Shown in pieces: positions 46,001 to 55,995 of a DNA stretch of 64,000 bases. Source of the stretch: a virus; the IMG/VR virus record IMGVR_UViG_3300024265_000033, positions 57,066-121,065 of that record. One strand, given 5' to 3'. Within the stretch, counting starts at the first letter, position 1. Each line of letters starts with the position of its first letter. The notes below the pieces were generated by a model. It had not been told where the DNA came from and made no database searches. It saw nothing but the letters and a program-made list of their open reading frames with translations. The position numbers were made by a program, and so were the translations under genes.

Positions 46001-48770
46001 TAGAACCTTGGACGTTGCCCAAACTAGCTTCAATCTTATTGAGATAAATTTCAACCTCTTTCCACACTCTTGTAGTAGAAGGCGTGAAGGTAGTTGCCCA
46101 AGATTGCTGTGAGCCCGCATCAGTGAAGTTAAGATTGATGTCAGCGTTAGAAACATTATATTCGTCTAGAGTTTGATTAGCTGCTTCCTCGGCAAATTCC
46201 AATACGCCTTGAAAAGCATTTGTGGCTCCGATTCGCTCCATTGTAATAGCTTGGTATTCGTTTCCGCCATCACGAGAAACCTCGTAGGTAGCAATAGGAT
46301 CAAGATCTGCGAGAAGCCATTTCAAGTAGAGTTCTACCTGAGGCACATCTATTCCTTGGCTCAGAAATTCGTCATCCAAGTTCTGGGTAGAAACCAGAGT
46401 GTCGCCAATTAGAGGTAAGTTGAAAACACTATCTGCCGCTGCGAAAGCACCGGTAGAAGCTCCGTCAATCTTATCATCTTCGTCAACCGAGAAAATATTA
46501 GGAGTTGCATAAGTGTAGGGGCTTAAAACGAGACGGCGTTTGATATCTTCTTCTAGAGAAGCCCCTCCGCCTCCGCCCGCACCGCTGGCCCCTAGGCGAA
46601 CAGTCTGACCCGGATCGAGAACTTGCTTATGGAAAGGAATATGCAAGTACCCTGCACCGGCAGCGTCTATTCTGCGGAATAGGATGAATACATCTTTATT
46701 GAATTGGTCTTGCGCAGGAATGGGAGTTACTCCGCTATTTACCAAAGTCAATGTTTCCGAGGCAACTTCCCGGTCTACAAGAACATATATAGATTCTCCG
46801 TCTGCAATCGAGATTGGAGAGTTTGAGATGTCAATTTCGTGTTGAGTAAGAGTTCCGTCTTTAGTATTGATGAACTCAAGAATGATGTCGCTAATCATAG
46901 TAAGCTGTGCGCCGTCCCAAGTGACTAGGTCGTCGGATCGAAGGTATCCTGAGCGATCTTCTTGAGAGTCTCCGATAGCGTCTGTATTTGTAGACATTCT
47001 CGAAACGAAGCTCTCGCCTTGCTGTCCTCGGACATTACTTGTATAAACGGCTGGAGTATTCTCGCTTGAAATTCCTAAGATGGCCAGCAAAGAAGCAGGA
47101 ACTGTTCCGCCAGAAATGGCAGAGCCTTCTCCGGGAGAAATTACATCAGTTCGGGTATAAAGAACCCCGCCTTCTCTGTAAGCTAACCAATAATTTTCGT
47201 CATTATTTATGTAGCTTCCAAGAGCCACAGTTTGGTAATTCGTGTCGGCTGCGCCCGCTCCGTCGTAAATCCTTGTTCCTGTAGCAGGAACCTTGATGAA
47301 CATGACTTCGCCATCAGCGATTGCAATAGAAGCGTCTCCGGCTTGACCTTTTTTAGTTTCGGAAATGGTTGGAGTGACGGCTCCGGCATCCTTTAAGAGA
47401 GTATTTACGGGAATAGTAACCGCGTTCTTGTCGCCTAGGGCGGAGAACTTAATTTGAAATCCTTCATCATAACTGCCAGTGATAGTGACAGCTTCCACAA
47501 TTGCAGAAGCATCCCAAGCCGCTTGTACGGCTGCCGCGTCATCGCTGAAATCAATATCGGCAGTTTGTTGGCCGTCGTGTTCTACTTGCCAAACCCCTGC
47601 GTCGGGAGGAGTTGGAGCGAAAGTGATTGTTTGGATTTCAAGTCCATCATCTTGACGGGTCAAAGAAAGATCGTCAGTTCGGTTGAAGATTCTTAGGAAT
47701 CCCATTACATCGGCATCTGCAGGAGCTGCCGCGTCATCTAAAATTTTGAGGTTGGTTCCATCCCACTCGAATCTAGATCCAGAAGCTGCAGGATTGTTTA
47801 CAGTACGAGCATTTAGGAAGTTATTAATACCTGCGATTGAACCAAAGCCAGTTTCAAAGAAAAAACGAGTTCCTTTGATTGCCTTGATTTCTGTGGCAAA
47901 TGCCTGAAATTGTTCTCTGAGATTATCAATGCTTTTATCAGCTCCGGAAAAAGCATCTGTCAAGAACGAGAGAGTTCCTGTGGCCCCAGAGTCCGCTCCA
48001 ACAACCGCATCTCCGGGGCTCATTGTTTTAGCTGAAGGCAAAATAACGCCGATTGTACCTGTGCCGCCGGTTTGAACTTCTGCGGTTTCGGCACCGTCAA
48101 AAGTTACGATTTCCCCGGCAGTGAAGGTCCCGGAAACACCTGAGAGTGTAAGAGTCATCTCTGGCTCAGTTTGAGTGCCCCAAGCATAGTCAGCTTCGGG
48201 ATCAGAAGGTGTGCCCAATCGAAAAAATAGATCTCTTTCGTCAAATATTTGAGTAATATTGTTCGCACCGTCAGCATCCACAATACCGAGCTTTATTCGG
48301 TCTGGAGAGCCTGAGAAGCCTCCTAAGAGGACTACGACGTCAATTTTGATATTGGTTACGGTGTCAATGGTCTGATTGAACTCTGCGCCCAGCCCACCTT
48401 GAGCGGAAGGGTCCCAAAAAGCCCTAGTAAGCGGAGTTCCATTTTCGGTAGAAAGCTCTAATTCCAAAAAGTTACGAGCACTTGGGTTCAAAACGGCTTG
48501 TAGAGGAGGATCTCCTACGGCTCCTGTGAACCAAGAAAAGCTTCCGGAATTGTTGGCATTTATTAGAGTAGAACCGTCAACTGTGATGAGAGCTGGAGAG
48601 GGGCCTGCTAAGCCGCTGATATTAAAACCTTTTAGAATGAGTTGGGTAGGACCCCAGAATTCGCCTGTCCAATTTTTGGCATCGGCACACAAACCAGATA
48701 GAAGGACTTCAATGTCTTCCAAATCCAATCTTTGCTGTGGTAGTAGGCGTGGTCTACTAAGAATTGCCAT
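43008..48770 (-). CDS. large tail fibre/baseplate-attached adhesin (1920 aa), paralog 1
   Basis: Follows baseplate genes; C-terminal ~700 aa homologous to the two downstream paralogs. Confidence 0.7.
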   Translation of the reverse strand: MAILSRPRLLPQQRLDLEDIEVLLSGLCADAKNWTGEFWGPTQLILKGFNISGLAGPSPALITVDGSTLINANNSGSFSWFTGAVGDPPLQAVLNPSARNFLELELSTENGTPLTRAFWDPSAQGGLGAEFNQTIDTVTNIKIDVVVLLGGFSGSPDRIKLGIVDADGANNITQIFDERDLFFRLGTPSDPEADYAWGTQTEPEMTLTLSGVSGTFTAGEIVTFDGAETAEVQTGGTGTIGVILPSAKTMSPGDAVVGADSGATGTLSFLTDAFSGADKSIDNLREQFQAFATEIKAIKGTRFFFETGFGSIAGINNFLNARTVNNPAASGSRFEWDGTNLKILDDAAAPADADVMGFLRIFNRTDDLSLTRQDDGLEIQTITFAPTPPDAGVWQVEHDGQQTADIDFSDDAAAVQAAWDASAIVEAVTITGSYDEGFQIKFSALGDKNAVTIPVNTLLKDAGAVTPTISETKKGQAGDASIAIADGEVMFIKVPATGTRIYDGAGAADTNYQTVALGSYINNDENYWLAYREGGVLYTRTDVISPGEGSAISGGTVPASLLAILGISSENTPAVYTSNVRGQQGESFVSRMSTNTDAIGDSQEDRSGYLRSDDLVTWDGAQLTMISDIILEFINTKDGTLTQHEIDISNSPISIADGESIYVLVDREVASETLTLVNSGVTPIPAQDQFNKDVFILFRRIDAAGAGYLHIPFHKQVLDPGQTVRLGASGAGGGGGASLEEDIKRRLVLSPYTYATPNIFSVDEDDKIDGASTGAFAAADSVFNLPLIGDTLVSTQNLDDEFLSQGIDVPQVELYLKWLLADLDPIATYEVSRDGGNEYQAITMERIGATNAFQGVLEFAEEAANQTLDEYNVSNADINLNFTDAGSQQSWATTFTPSTTRVWKEVEIYLNKIEASLGNVQGSMTLKIVADDTAQPSTDPNDILSESGPLDLEALATGDTATLVNLSDVVLVSGVQYWLVMETNAAYKASFSAAVDEVRVRADTSAPTGGASSQFNGTIWADAPSTSLTFSGKGREHDLRVRVTSGTNDVSIEGYGLLYGFLPGLTASGVKQVNKFFFTGAENRTEFILDFLPDPDLLVAYDPFRGQTYVATEGVFRIDGSTITFDPDFFDQPGEDIVLIFRQNEAASFDDSDQNANAIATIQSNLIDIGDELESISDSMILPKIPAPFTQITNRALIADLTQDLKPRLGVDRIMTQEVVKIQGETGPNGEQVFGALNDKFGQIRFVGRHGSFNGTSGQSSAELDSAGFIELTFYGTGLNVLTLFDVDRSWDVSVDGGPVSTVATTGTSNMLTGRGYSINQIVNLSSGLTLGLHTIKVSPTTAFPFAWYGFEFLNEEASGLIQLPPGSQLFKGKKLTHSTLETAAYNSDFETGAITDRGGAALIYQKSDGSVKKSVNPTDAVALFLGAANHSNEKERRHYWGDFGAGRTDDFSFFTGGPTNLGFTLDDGTTALVGNQIRNDVAGRNGPRVSAVGNFLTITFIGTGLDVFLEDNGTGTEPKDVFVDGVNVGKIGVSLVGNRKFTQKIVSGLPYGSHTVKFLKDATAVVGGNQHFSSFSIYGPETPDLPTGAKALGSYNIMADYDPSTALTNDNLIGPIEMPQGALTKYNSREFIYAGSGAWDIASSDTDFPGFFQAGNVTNGSTVALTFLGTGVQIVQAGTGGGPVDFDVRIDGVLDATGIDRVGTTNSGGGAYSATTGSQQVRRLDFLGLSLGVHTIEITQTGGAADRIRFMSMNVITPIHVPKQNSPATVQATPEVGSQGISDLRKFSKKDVKKSQNWAQAVGITSDPQTTSSAFLPVRDMSAIVKTEGNPIKVDFHGAMTNTGSTSGAFFQIFVDGEAKGAEMLQSIGDLGFHEMVSMSLTIPVSPGTHTVQLQWRTAAGTAQMQETRRVLTVRELSE

Positions 48771-48809
48771 TTATATATCTCCCAATCTCGATCTCATTAA
48801 ATTATACCA
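48762..48809 (-). promoter_or_regulatory. late-type promoter/leader element (copy 1)
   Basis: TGGTATAATTTA...AGATTGGGAGA...ATAAATGGCAATT; shared with 55699-55749. Confidence 0.6.
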
Positions 48810-48829
48810 AGTTTCGCCTTCTCTCATTA

Positions 48830-50134
48830 CTACTCCTCGTATGGATTTTCACAGATATATTTATATGTTGGGAGTAGCACGAGGAAATTGATAATAATCC
48901 CCGCAGCGGCCAAAGTTCTTAAAATATCTTCCACAATCTGCCTTGCTCCTGCCGGAGAAGTCAAGTAAATAGCCAAGTCTTCTCCGCTAGTTCTGGGTAT
49001 TGCGGGTTTCAAATCCGGCAAAACTACGTTGATTTGTTCTCCCGCGAAGTGATCTTCCGCGAAAACATGTCCCGGATCTAGAAGTAAAGTGTTGTCATTT
49101 GGACGACTTATATATCCTACGGGCACCTCTTCTTGACTCCCGCCCCAATCAAAAATCAATTTACCGGGTTCATTTGGAATATCGTCGGCGTCAGAAACTA
49201 TCAAAGTCGGCACGACATTTCCAGCCAGTACGGTTTGCTGAAGTGTGGCTACCTGTCTTGTAGTCGTGTAGGGAGCCCCTGTAGGAGCAAATAAAAAACT
49301 TCCTTGCCATACTCCGTTTGCGGGAGCCACAGGAGGTTCAAGGGTCGAATCGGCATGGATGTGGTGAGATCCTCTTAGAGTCCTTCTTAAAGCGGGTACA
49401 ATTGCAGGCAACTCGATAATCAATTCTCTAGGTCTTAGTTGGTAAATTGCAGTTCTTTGGTCAAGATCCGTAATTCTGAATTTTTTGACAGTGAAATCCA
49501 ACTTGGTAGAGCCTACCATCGAGCTAGTTATGATTTCTACAGACCCTTTCGCCCCCGGAGAATTCGTTCTAATATTTATGCTTTCGTCCCCGGTCAATTG
49601 GTCCGTAATTATGCTTATGGTCGCGCCCTTGACTCGACCCAAAATATTCGCTATTTCTTGGGCAGTAGCAGCTCCGGGAATTGCGATATCTCCCGCCAGA
49701 GCTTTAATTTCTTGTTCATCTCCGCCGTCTATCTTTACCTTAAAGGCATCCCCCGTAGATACGTTAAAGGGTGCGATATTGGCAGTTTCTGTATTCGAGC
49801 GCGAAAAGAGAGGTCCCCAAAAGACGTCCATAGTGTCATAGAAAATTTTACGAATTTGTTTGGCTTTCAGAGAAAGATTGGGTACGAGTTCTTGGAATTC
49901 CTCATCCAAAAGACCTAAGGCAGAAGGCCTAGAAACACCTACGCCTGATGCCAAGCGATCTAAGAATCCACCTTCGGCATTACGGATGAAGAGCTGAGCT
50001 TTGGTATTTTGTAACTGAATTACAATTTCATCATCTCCCGTAGCCCAAGCTTTCAACAACGCCTTAATGTTCGGGTTTACCCGAGGCTTGTAGACTTTAG
50101 GAATATTTCTAGTGTATCTATCAAACTTACTCAT
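48830..50134 (-). CDS. baseplate wedge protein (P2 gpI/T4 gp7-like position)
   Basis: AEGGFLDRLASGVGVSR...L.DEEF N-terminus, LAAAGI C-terminus; follows J-like gene. Confidence 0.65.
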   Translation of the reverse strand: MSKFDRYTRNIPKVYKPRVNPNIKALLKAWATGDDEIVIQLQNTKAQLFIRNAEGGFLDRLASGVGVSRPSALGLLDEEFQELVPNLSLKAKQIRKIFYDTMDVFWGPLFSRSNTETANIAPFNVSTGDAFKVKIDGGDEQEIKALAGDIAIPGAATAQEIANILGRVKGATISIITDQLTGDESINIRTNSPGAKGSVEIITSSMVGSTKLDFTVKKFRITDLDQRTAIYQLRPRELIIELPAIVPALRRTLRGSHHIHADSTLEPPVAPANGVWQGSFLFAPTGAPYTTTRQVATLQQTVLAGNVVPTLIVSDADDIPNEPGKLIFDWGGSQEEVPVGYISRPNDNTLLLDPGHVFAEDHFAGEQINVVLPDLKPAIPRTSGEDLAIYLTSPAGARQIVEDILRTLAAAGIIINFLVLLPTYKYICENPYEE

Positions 50135-50138
50135 TTAC

Positions 50139-53100
50139 CTATCCAATAATGATTAAACTGTCTCGGGTTCGTGCAATCTCTCTATCAGCGATATTAATAT
50201 TTATCGTAGGAGAGTTTAGTACCACATCGACCACGTTTGGAACATTAATGGTTCGGGCTCTAATTTCTTCTATAATCACATCTTCTGAAACTCCAAGTGA
50301 GTTCACATAACCTGTGATCGCTGATCTGATATCATCTTCTACGTTCGACAAAGATATACCTTCTGCAAGAGTAACATCTAAATTGAATGCAACTTCCTCT
50401 ACGGTTGGGGAAAGAACTTCAAAATCGATACCTGCAGCTCCTACGCCGGGGAAGGAATCTAAGTCTCTATCATCTCCATAAATAGTTTTGTGAACTAACT
50501 CAAGAAGGCCAGTATAAAAATTATACCCCTGCAAACCTCTAAAAAGTGTAGTAGAAAACGCAAACTCACCATTTGCCGAGCCGCCTGTAACTTGTGCGAA
50601 TCCATCAGAACCGCTCTCCTTGGAAGAAATTTGTACCTTAGTACCTTGCTCTACTGACTCTATGAAAGCCTTTGTAGAAAGAGTTGTAATCTTCGTGTTA
50701 TTGAAAAATTCCACCACGTTCTTAGTCGTAGTCGGAACTACGTTATATTTGTCTCCAATACTAGGAGTAGCTCTGAAAGGTGCAGAAACTGTGAGTTGTC
50801 CAGTAATTCCGTTGTAATCGCTCACGGTTCGTTTTTGCTCTACGTTAGCATTACCGGTAGATCCTGCTTCGGCACTTCCTGCGATATTGGTAACTTCGAC
50901 GTATCCATTACCTGCGGTATTTACCGTGGTGATTTGGAATGTTCCGTTATTAGCCACATTGGTCATGTCCGTGAACACAACCTGATCGGCTGTAGTGAAG
51001 TCGGCTAAGTTAGCCGGCAGCGCATTAAATGCATATCTCCAAGTATCTCCGCCTTGATCGGTGACGTCTGTGACCGTCTCAGAAGTGGTGTTAGCCCCGT
51101 CCTTGAAAATGAGATCGAAGTCATTCAAATCGTCGTCGTTAGGGAAAATCGTAATCATATTGGCGTCTGTGAAAACGGTAGTCGAAGTTGCTGCCGTAAT
51201 GTCTTGCCCTGAGAATCCAATGAATATAGTGAAGGTTTTGGTAGTAGGATCGTCATCTATAACCACAACTAGAGATTGATTGTCAAATAGAGTGTAAGGT
51301 CCTGCGCTACCGGATACTGTAAACGCAGTATGCGGTCTTTGACTCGTGGCCAAAGTGTCTAATGGAAAGAGTAGTGAGGTAGCAGTAGAAGCAGATAAAA
51401 TCTGCAGCGAACTGCCAGCCTCCGTGTATGTATTTGTATTGATTTCTAAAAAGTTAAAGCCCCCAATATTCCTTACGTTTGCTGTAGCTCCTTCAAGCTG
51501 AGCATTGATAAACGCTGCCACTTGAGCGGCACTGAAAGATCCGGTAGATCCAAAGGTGACTGTCTGAGCCCCAAGGCCGTCAACTTCTATCTCAAGAGTC
51601 TCTCCGCTTGCGAGAGAATAAAACTCTGCGTTTGTGGTTCGGAGCGAAGCTCTAGTAAATTGTGATCCTGTAGTAATATTGTCATTCGCGGTGAGAGGTG
51701 TGTTGAACTCCACAATGCCCAAGAACCTGTTTAAGACGTAATCACTGTCTGAGCCCGATATTTCAGAGGTAGAGAATCCAAGAGGAGTGTTAGCAGAACC
51801 TCCAGTTATTTGAATTTTACTCAAAGAAGATAGTTCCGTATTTGAAGAAAGTCTTATAGCCGTATCGTTATTGATTAAAGTGGCTGTAGCACCTGCAAGC
51901 TGAGCATTGATAACGGCAACTACCTCTTCTGCCGTACCCGCAGAAGCGTCAACGAAATCCGCTGTCAAAAAATTAACTGTTTGTGTATTGGCAGATTTAC
52001 CATCCACAATTACTGTGAGGGGCCAAGGGTCTGCTCCCAAAACCGAGAAGTTATAGGTTTCTTGGTTTCCGGAATCTATAATTGCAGTCAGGCCGTCTTT
52101 GGAAAGTAGCTGATCGTTCTTATATAGGAATAAAGTAGATTTTAGATCGGTTGGGAAAACTAAGATTGGATTAGCGGTTCCGCCCGTTACCTGAATATCT
52201 TCATTCTCATCACTTGTAGAAGAGATGACGATTTTGGAACCTACATCAGAAGTACGAGCTTCTATCAGGGTAGCTTTATTGTTAATGGCCCTTACCATTT
52301 CCTCAGCGGTAGCGGAGGCAGAGAATTCAAAATCGCCCGGGTTGAATGTGATTGTTTCCGATTGGATTCCTACGCTGTAGATCAAAGTCAGAGGACCGGA
52401 ACTCATATTGTATGGCTCTTCCTGATTGTTTTCTACTTGAGCTTTAACGAGCGGGTCGAGATCTAATTGCAGTCTTTGCTCTCCGCCTGTAGCGGATTCT
52501 AGAACGGTTTCAAAACCCCGGGAAAGAAAACTTGGTTCGAATCCGGTACCGTCATCAATGAATACTAAAACGTGCTCATCTAAAGTGACTGGTAAAACGA
52601 CATTTGCAGAAATAACTCGTTTCGCGCTGTCTGGGTCCACAAGACCAATAATGGCGTTGAGGATGGCAGTTTTGACGCCTCTAGAAAGAGATTGGATATG
52701 ATCTTTGATTCTATCTCGTAATTCGTCGTCAGTCTCTTCATCTCGTCCAGTAGTATATTTGGAATCGTTTTCTGCGCGTGCTCCCGGGAAAGGGGGGGTA
52801 GAAAAAGCAGTTTCTCCGTCTATAGCTTTTACGGGAATGTTTCCGTCAGAACCCGGTTCCGAAGCCGTGACTTCTACGTTATCTAGTTGCTCTTCTCCAG
52901 AAAGAATCGTTACGTCTTGATTGGTAGTGAAGGCTATTTCTGAAGATCCTGCAGAAGCCGGTACTACAATTATAGTTCCTGCGGCAATGAGTTGGTCTAC
53001 GCCTTGTTTCAAAATGACAGTTTCATCTAGTCCATGGTCATTTGAAAGAGGGGCCGCTAAAACGAAAGTCCAAAAATTTGTGTTATCTACGGGCGCGAGG

Positions 53101-53552
53101 GAGTATGCAATTTCTTCTTCGTTTGTAGTGCCTCTTCCGATGATGAGAGTTCCCGAAGTAGAAAATAGAGGGTCTGAAGCATCGTTGACATTGATAGAAG
53201 TGTTTCCAGCAATAGGGCTTGGCGATCCAGCGTAAAAGGTTGTGGCTACTTTTGTAAAACCAACTTCTCGTAAAATAGAAATTCGTCCTGTAGCTTTTCG
53301 GGCTCCTAGTCTAGTAAGTCCAAATTCGAAAGCCTTGTCATCAAGATCAGTACCGGTAGTAGTATCTAGGTTGAAATTTCTTATAATGTTCAACATTTGA
53401 ACATATTGTTGAAAGTCTTCTCGGGATGAGACTTCCAAGAAAGTAAGAAGGTTAGCCGCAGCATTGATATCGTTCAGGCCGGAAACAGCCAAAAACTCAG
53501 CAATTTGTGCTGAGAGAATTTGTTGCTGTGATTTAAGTACTAATTTGCCCAT
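50139..53552 (-). CDS. baseplate J-like protein with repeated insertion domains
   Basis: TGTDLDDKAFEFGLTR, ASEPGSDGN, GRDEETDDELRDR, YVNSLGVSEDVI. Confidence 0.85.
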   Translation of the reverse strand: MGKLVLKSQQQILSAQIAEFLAVSGLNDINAAANLLTFLEVSSREDFQQYVQMLNIIRNFNLDTTTGTDLDDKAFEFGLTRLGARKATGRISILREVGFTKVATTFYAGSPSPIAGNTSINVNDASDPLFSTSGTLIIGRGTTNEEEIAYSLAPVDNTNFWTFVLAAPLSNDHGLDETVILKQGVDQLIAAGTIIVVPASAGSSEIAFTTNQDVTILSGEEQLDNVEVTASEPGSDGNIPVKAIDGETAFSTPPFPGARAENDSKYTTGRDEETDDELRDRIKDHIQSLSRGVKTAILNAIIGLVDPDSAKRVISANVVLPVTLDEHVLVFIDDGTGFEPSFLSRGFETVLESATGGEQRLQLDLDPLVKAQVENNQEEPYNMSSGPLTLIYSVGIQSETITFNPGDFEFSASATAEEMVRAINNKATLIEARTSDVGSKIVISSTSDENEDIQVTGGTANPILVFPTDLKSTLFLYKNDQLLSKDGLTAIIDSGNQETYNFSVLGADPWPLTVIVDGKSANTQTVNFLTADFVDASAGTAEEVVAVINAQLAGATATLINNDTAIRLSSNTELSSLSKIQITGGSANTPLGFSTSEISGSDSDYVLNRFLGIVEFNTPLTANDNITTGSQFTRASLRTTNAEFYSLASGETLEIEVDGLGAQTVTFGSTGSFSAAQVAAFINAQLEGATANVRNIGGFNFLEINTNTYTEAGSSLQILSASTATSLLFPLDTLATSQRPHTAFTVSGSAGPYTLFDNQSLVVVIDDDPTTKTFTIFIGFSGQDITAATSTTVFTDANMITIFPNDDDLNDFDLIFKDGANTTSETVTDVTDQGGDTWRYAFNALPANLADFTTADQVVFTDMTNVANNGTFQITTVNTAGNGYVEVTNIAGSAEAGSTGNANVEQKRTVSDYNGITGQLTVSAPFRATPSIGDKYNVVPTTTKNVVEFFNNTKITTLSTKAFIESVEQGTKVQISSKESGSDGFAQVTGGSANGEFAFSTTLFRGLQGYNFYTGLLELVHKTIYGDDRDLDSFPGVGAAGIDFEVLSPTVEEVAFNLDVTLAEGISLSNVEDDIRSAITGYVNSLGVSEDVIIEEIRARTINVPNVVDVVLNSPTININIADREIARTRDSLIIIG

Positions 53553-53562
53553 CTTCTATCCT

Positions 53563-55707
53563 TTATATTTTCAAATCTACTGGTACCGGAGTATCCACGT
53601 TTTTTACCTTCAAAAAGAAGTTTATACGAATCTCTGGACCGTTTCTTCTTACTTCTAGTTTCTCAACTGCTTCAAATCTAGAATCAGAAGTAAGAGTTTC
53701 AATAAGGTTAATCTTGAAAGCTCCTATAGTTACCGGACCTTTTGTACCGGGTAAAAGTCCCATACCTATTGTAGGATGTTCCAACAATTCTCCTCTTTCT
53801 ATACTTAATTTTAATATAACTGCCTGCGCGGCATTTTCTACGCCTTTTACTATATCGAAATCACCCCTATTGCTAAGCGCGAAATCAAAATCAGGAGTCA
53901 ATTTTACATCAATACCCAAGTTTCTTTCTACAGAATTTAGGTCTTTATTTAGCTTATTCTCCTTTACTACCGGGGCGTTACCAAATCCATCCCTGATAGG
54001 TTGGGGGATTAGAATTTTTTCTCCGGGTCGAACCGTATTTACTCTGATATCCGACTGATCTTGTATAACATAAGGGGGTTTTAGATCGTTCAATTCGGAA
54101 ATCTCTACCCATCTAGTGACATCTCCCAATTCTTCTAAAGCCAAACGCTCCAAATCAGTCTCTATAGGCATAATGATCGATTTAACCGCAGGAAGAGCTT
54201 GTAGAGAGTCTAATTCGCCATCAAAATTGGTTTTGACATTATCGATTCTCTGCTCGTAAGGAGATTTGAATAGAGCATTGGTACTTAAGAGTGTATTCAA
54301 GCCATCGATAGCAGATTCAAAACCTCCCAAAAGCTCAAATTCAGCGTCTGTGACTACTTTACCGGGATCTGCTTTGGTTGTGGCTACCCTATCAAACTGA
54401 GCATCAAAAGCAGCGTCTCCTAAATTAAAGGCATCAGCGGCATTGTCTCGTACCCGTTTAAGGTCTTTTAGAGCATCTTCGAAAAAGCTTCTAGGCAATT
54501 CAAGAGCTGCAGCTTGTTCGTCTGCCAAAGCTTCTTGGGATTCTACGGGAAATTCTGCAGGATCGATAGCCATTAGAGCATCACTATTTCGCCCAATGGC
54601 TGTAATAGCTCCCGCTCCGTTGGTTGAGGCAGCTTTATCCAAATTCGCAGGCAAATCTACGGCAGTTAGTCGGTCATCGCCTCCTTGACCTTTCCTAGCT
54701 TCGTCCTGAGAGTCTTTGATACCTAATAGAATAGCTAGGGCCGCTGCAGCGGATACGGTGCCCGTGATAGCCTTATTTCCCATGTCGGCAGCCACAGTAC
54801 CTATGCCCGTGAAAGCTTTGACCGCGAGGGCTGCTTTTCTCATTGGCTCGATGACGGTTTGTTCATAACTTGATTCGATTTGTCGGAGAATGCCCTGAGA
54901 TCTGAGAAATACCCCTCTTGCGGTATCTATGCCATCTACGGCAGTATTCAAAACTTCATCGACATCTGCCAAAACACCAAAAATACCTTCGGGACCTTCC
55001 GGCTCTTTGAATCCCGCCCGTCCTATAATTCTGAAGTTAAGGGTGTAATCATATAGAGTTTTTCGGGCCGCGCTTCTTTTGCCTGAGAATTTGATGAGTT
55101 CTACTATTAAAAACTCTCCATCCTTGAAATTCTTAAAAACTAGTCGGGCATCTTCAGATTCTTTGCTTCTGATTTTTTTGAATTGGTAGTAGGCCTTAAA
55201 CCAGTTCCGAAGCCTCAAAAAGACTTCATATCCTGAGCGGTATTTGAGTTCGTCGGGCTGAAAAATAGCTTTACCTGTCCGACCCGAAGCCCCTCCAGTC
55301 CCCCGGAAAGGATGAATCCCCGTGGTACCTGAAATCACTAAGTCCCCGTATTTATTACCACTATGGTTTACAACGGTTCCGCCTTGAGTGGGTTTGATTG
55401 AAATGGCAAAAGTCTCATCTTGGGCGATATCGGAAGGATTGATGGGCAATGGGAATTCCCGGAAATTGCTACCTTTGGCAGATTTTCCAGTTACATCGCT
55501 TGTAACTACATCAAATGTATAAGGAAATTGTTTATTCCAGTTTTGGGAGTCAACTTTATTTAAGACTGCGGAGATGGCAGCGTTGGCATTATTCTCGTCC
55601 CCGGGATAGGAACCCGGTCCGCCTTTGAAATCTTTATTGAATATATTGCCGAGTCCTGCGATTGAATCTGCTATATTTTTCGCTAAACCCGAAAGATTAA
55701 TTGCCAT
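53563..55707 (-). CDS. baseplate protein: tube-initiator-like plus LysM-like plus gp25-like domains
   Basis: LPINPSDI...PTQGG N-terminus; DLERLALEELGDVTRWVEISELN; GDFDIVKGVENAAQA..LSIERGEL..HPTIG. Confidence 0.65.
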   Translation of the reverse strand: MAINLSGLAKNIADSIAGLGNIFNKDFKGGPGSYPGDENNANAAISAVLNKVDSQNWNKQFPYTFDVVTSDVTGKSAKGSNFREFPLPINPSDIAQDETFAISIKPTQGGTVVNHSGNKYGDLVISGTTGIHPFRGTGGASGRTGKAIFQPDELKYRSGYEVFLRLRNWFKAYYQFKKIRSKESEDARLVFKNFKDGEFLIVELIKFSGKRSAARKTLYDYTLNFRIIGRAGFKEPEGPEGIFGVLADVDEVLNTAVDGIDTARGVFLRSQGILRQIESSYEQTVIEPMRKAALAVKAFTGIGTVAADMGNKAITGTVSAAAALAILLGIKDSQDEARKGQGGDDRLTAVDLPANLDKAASTNGAGAITAIGRNSDALMAIDPAEFPVESQEALADEQAAALELPRSFFEDALKDLKRVRDNAADAFNLGDAAFDAQFDRVATTKADPGKVVTDAEFELLGGFESAIDGLNTLLSTNALFKSPYEQRIDNVKTNFDGELDSLQALPAVKSIIMPIETDLERLALEELGDVTRWVEISELNDLKPPYVIQDQSDIRVNTVRPGEKILIPQPIRDGFGNAPVVKENKLNKDLNSVERNLGIDVKLTPDFDFALSNRGDFDIVKGVENAAQAVILKLSIERGELLEHPTIGMGLLPGTKGPVTIGAFKINLIETLTSDSRFEAVEKLEVRRNGPEIRINFFLKVKNVDTPVPVDLKI

Positions 55708-55749
55708 TTATCTAATTCTCCCAATCTAAAATCTAACTAAATTATACCA
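55699..55749 (-). promoter_or_regulatory. late-type promoter/leader element (copy 2)
   Basis: See 48762-48809. Confidence 0.6.
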
Positions 55750-55754
55750 CTTTT

Positions 55755-55994
55755 CTAGCTTATAGTTCCGGGTGCAGTCACGGTACCATTGATTGTGTCG
55801 GGAGTGGTTACAGCCGCTCCGGGATTTACTTGAGTATTCGCTGTCAAAAACGGAATAATGGCATTAGCAATTCCCTCTGCGAGCCCCTCAATACATTTAG
55901 GTGCGATTGGAGCAGCTCCACAATTGGCTGTAATGGCCGCTTCTATTTCCGATACTAATGCTGCTTTCAACACAGCTTCTTGTCCTGTTATCAT
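55755..55994 (-). CDS. small baseplate/spike-associated protein
   Basis: LAEGIANAI...GTVTAPGTIS; follows spike gene. Confidence 0.55.
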   Translation of the reverse strand: MITGQEAVLKAALVSEIEAAITANCGAAPIAPKCIEGLAEGIANAIIPFLTANTQVNPGAAVTTPDTINGTVTAPGTIS

Positions 55995-55995
55995 T

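Noticed and set aside
35777-48770. Diversity-generating retroelement or invertible fibre switch
   Set aside because: Paralogs are diverged at synonymous sites and all in one orientation; no reverse transcriptase, invertase or near-identical TR/VR pair seen
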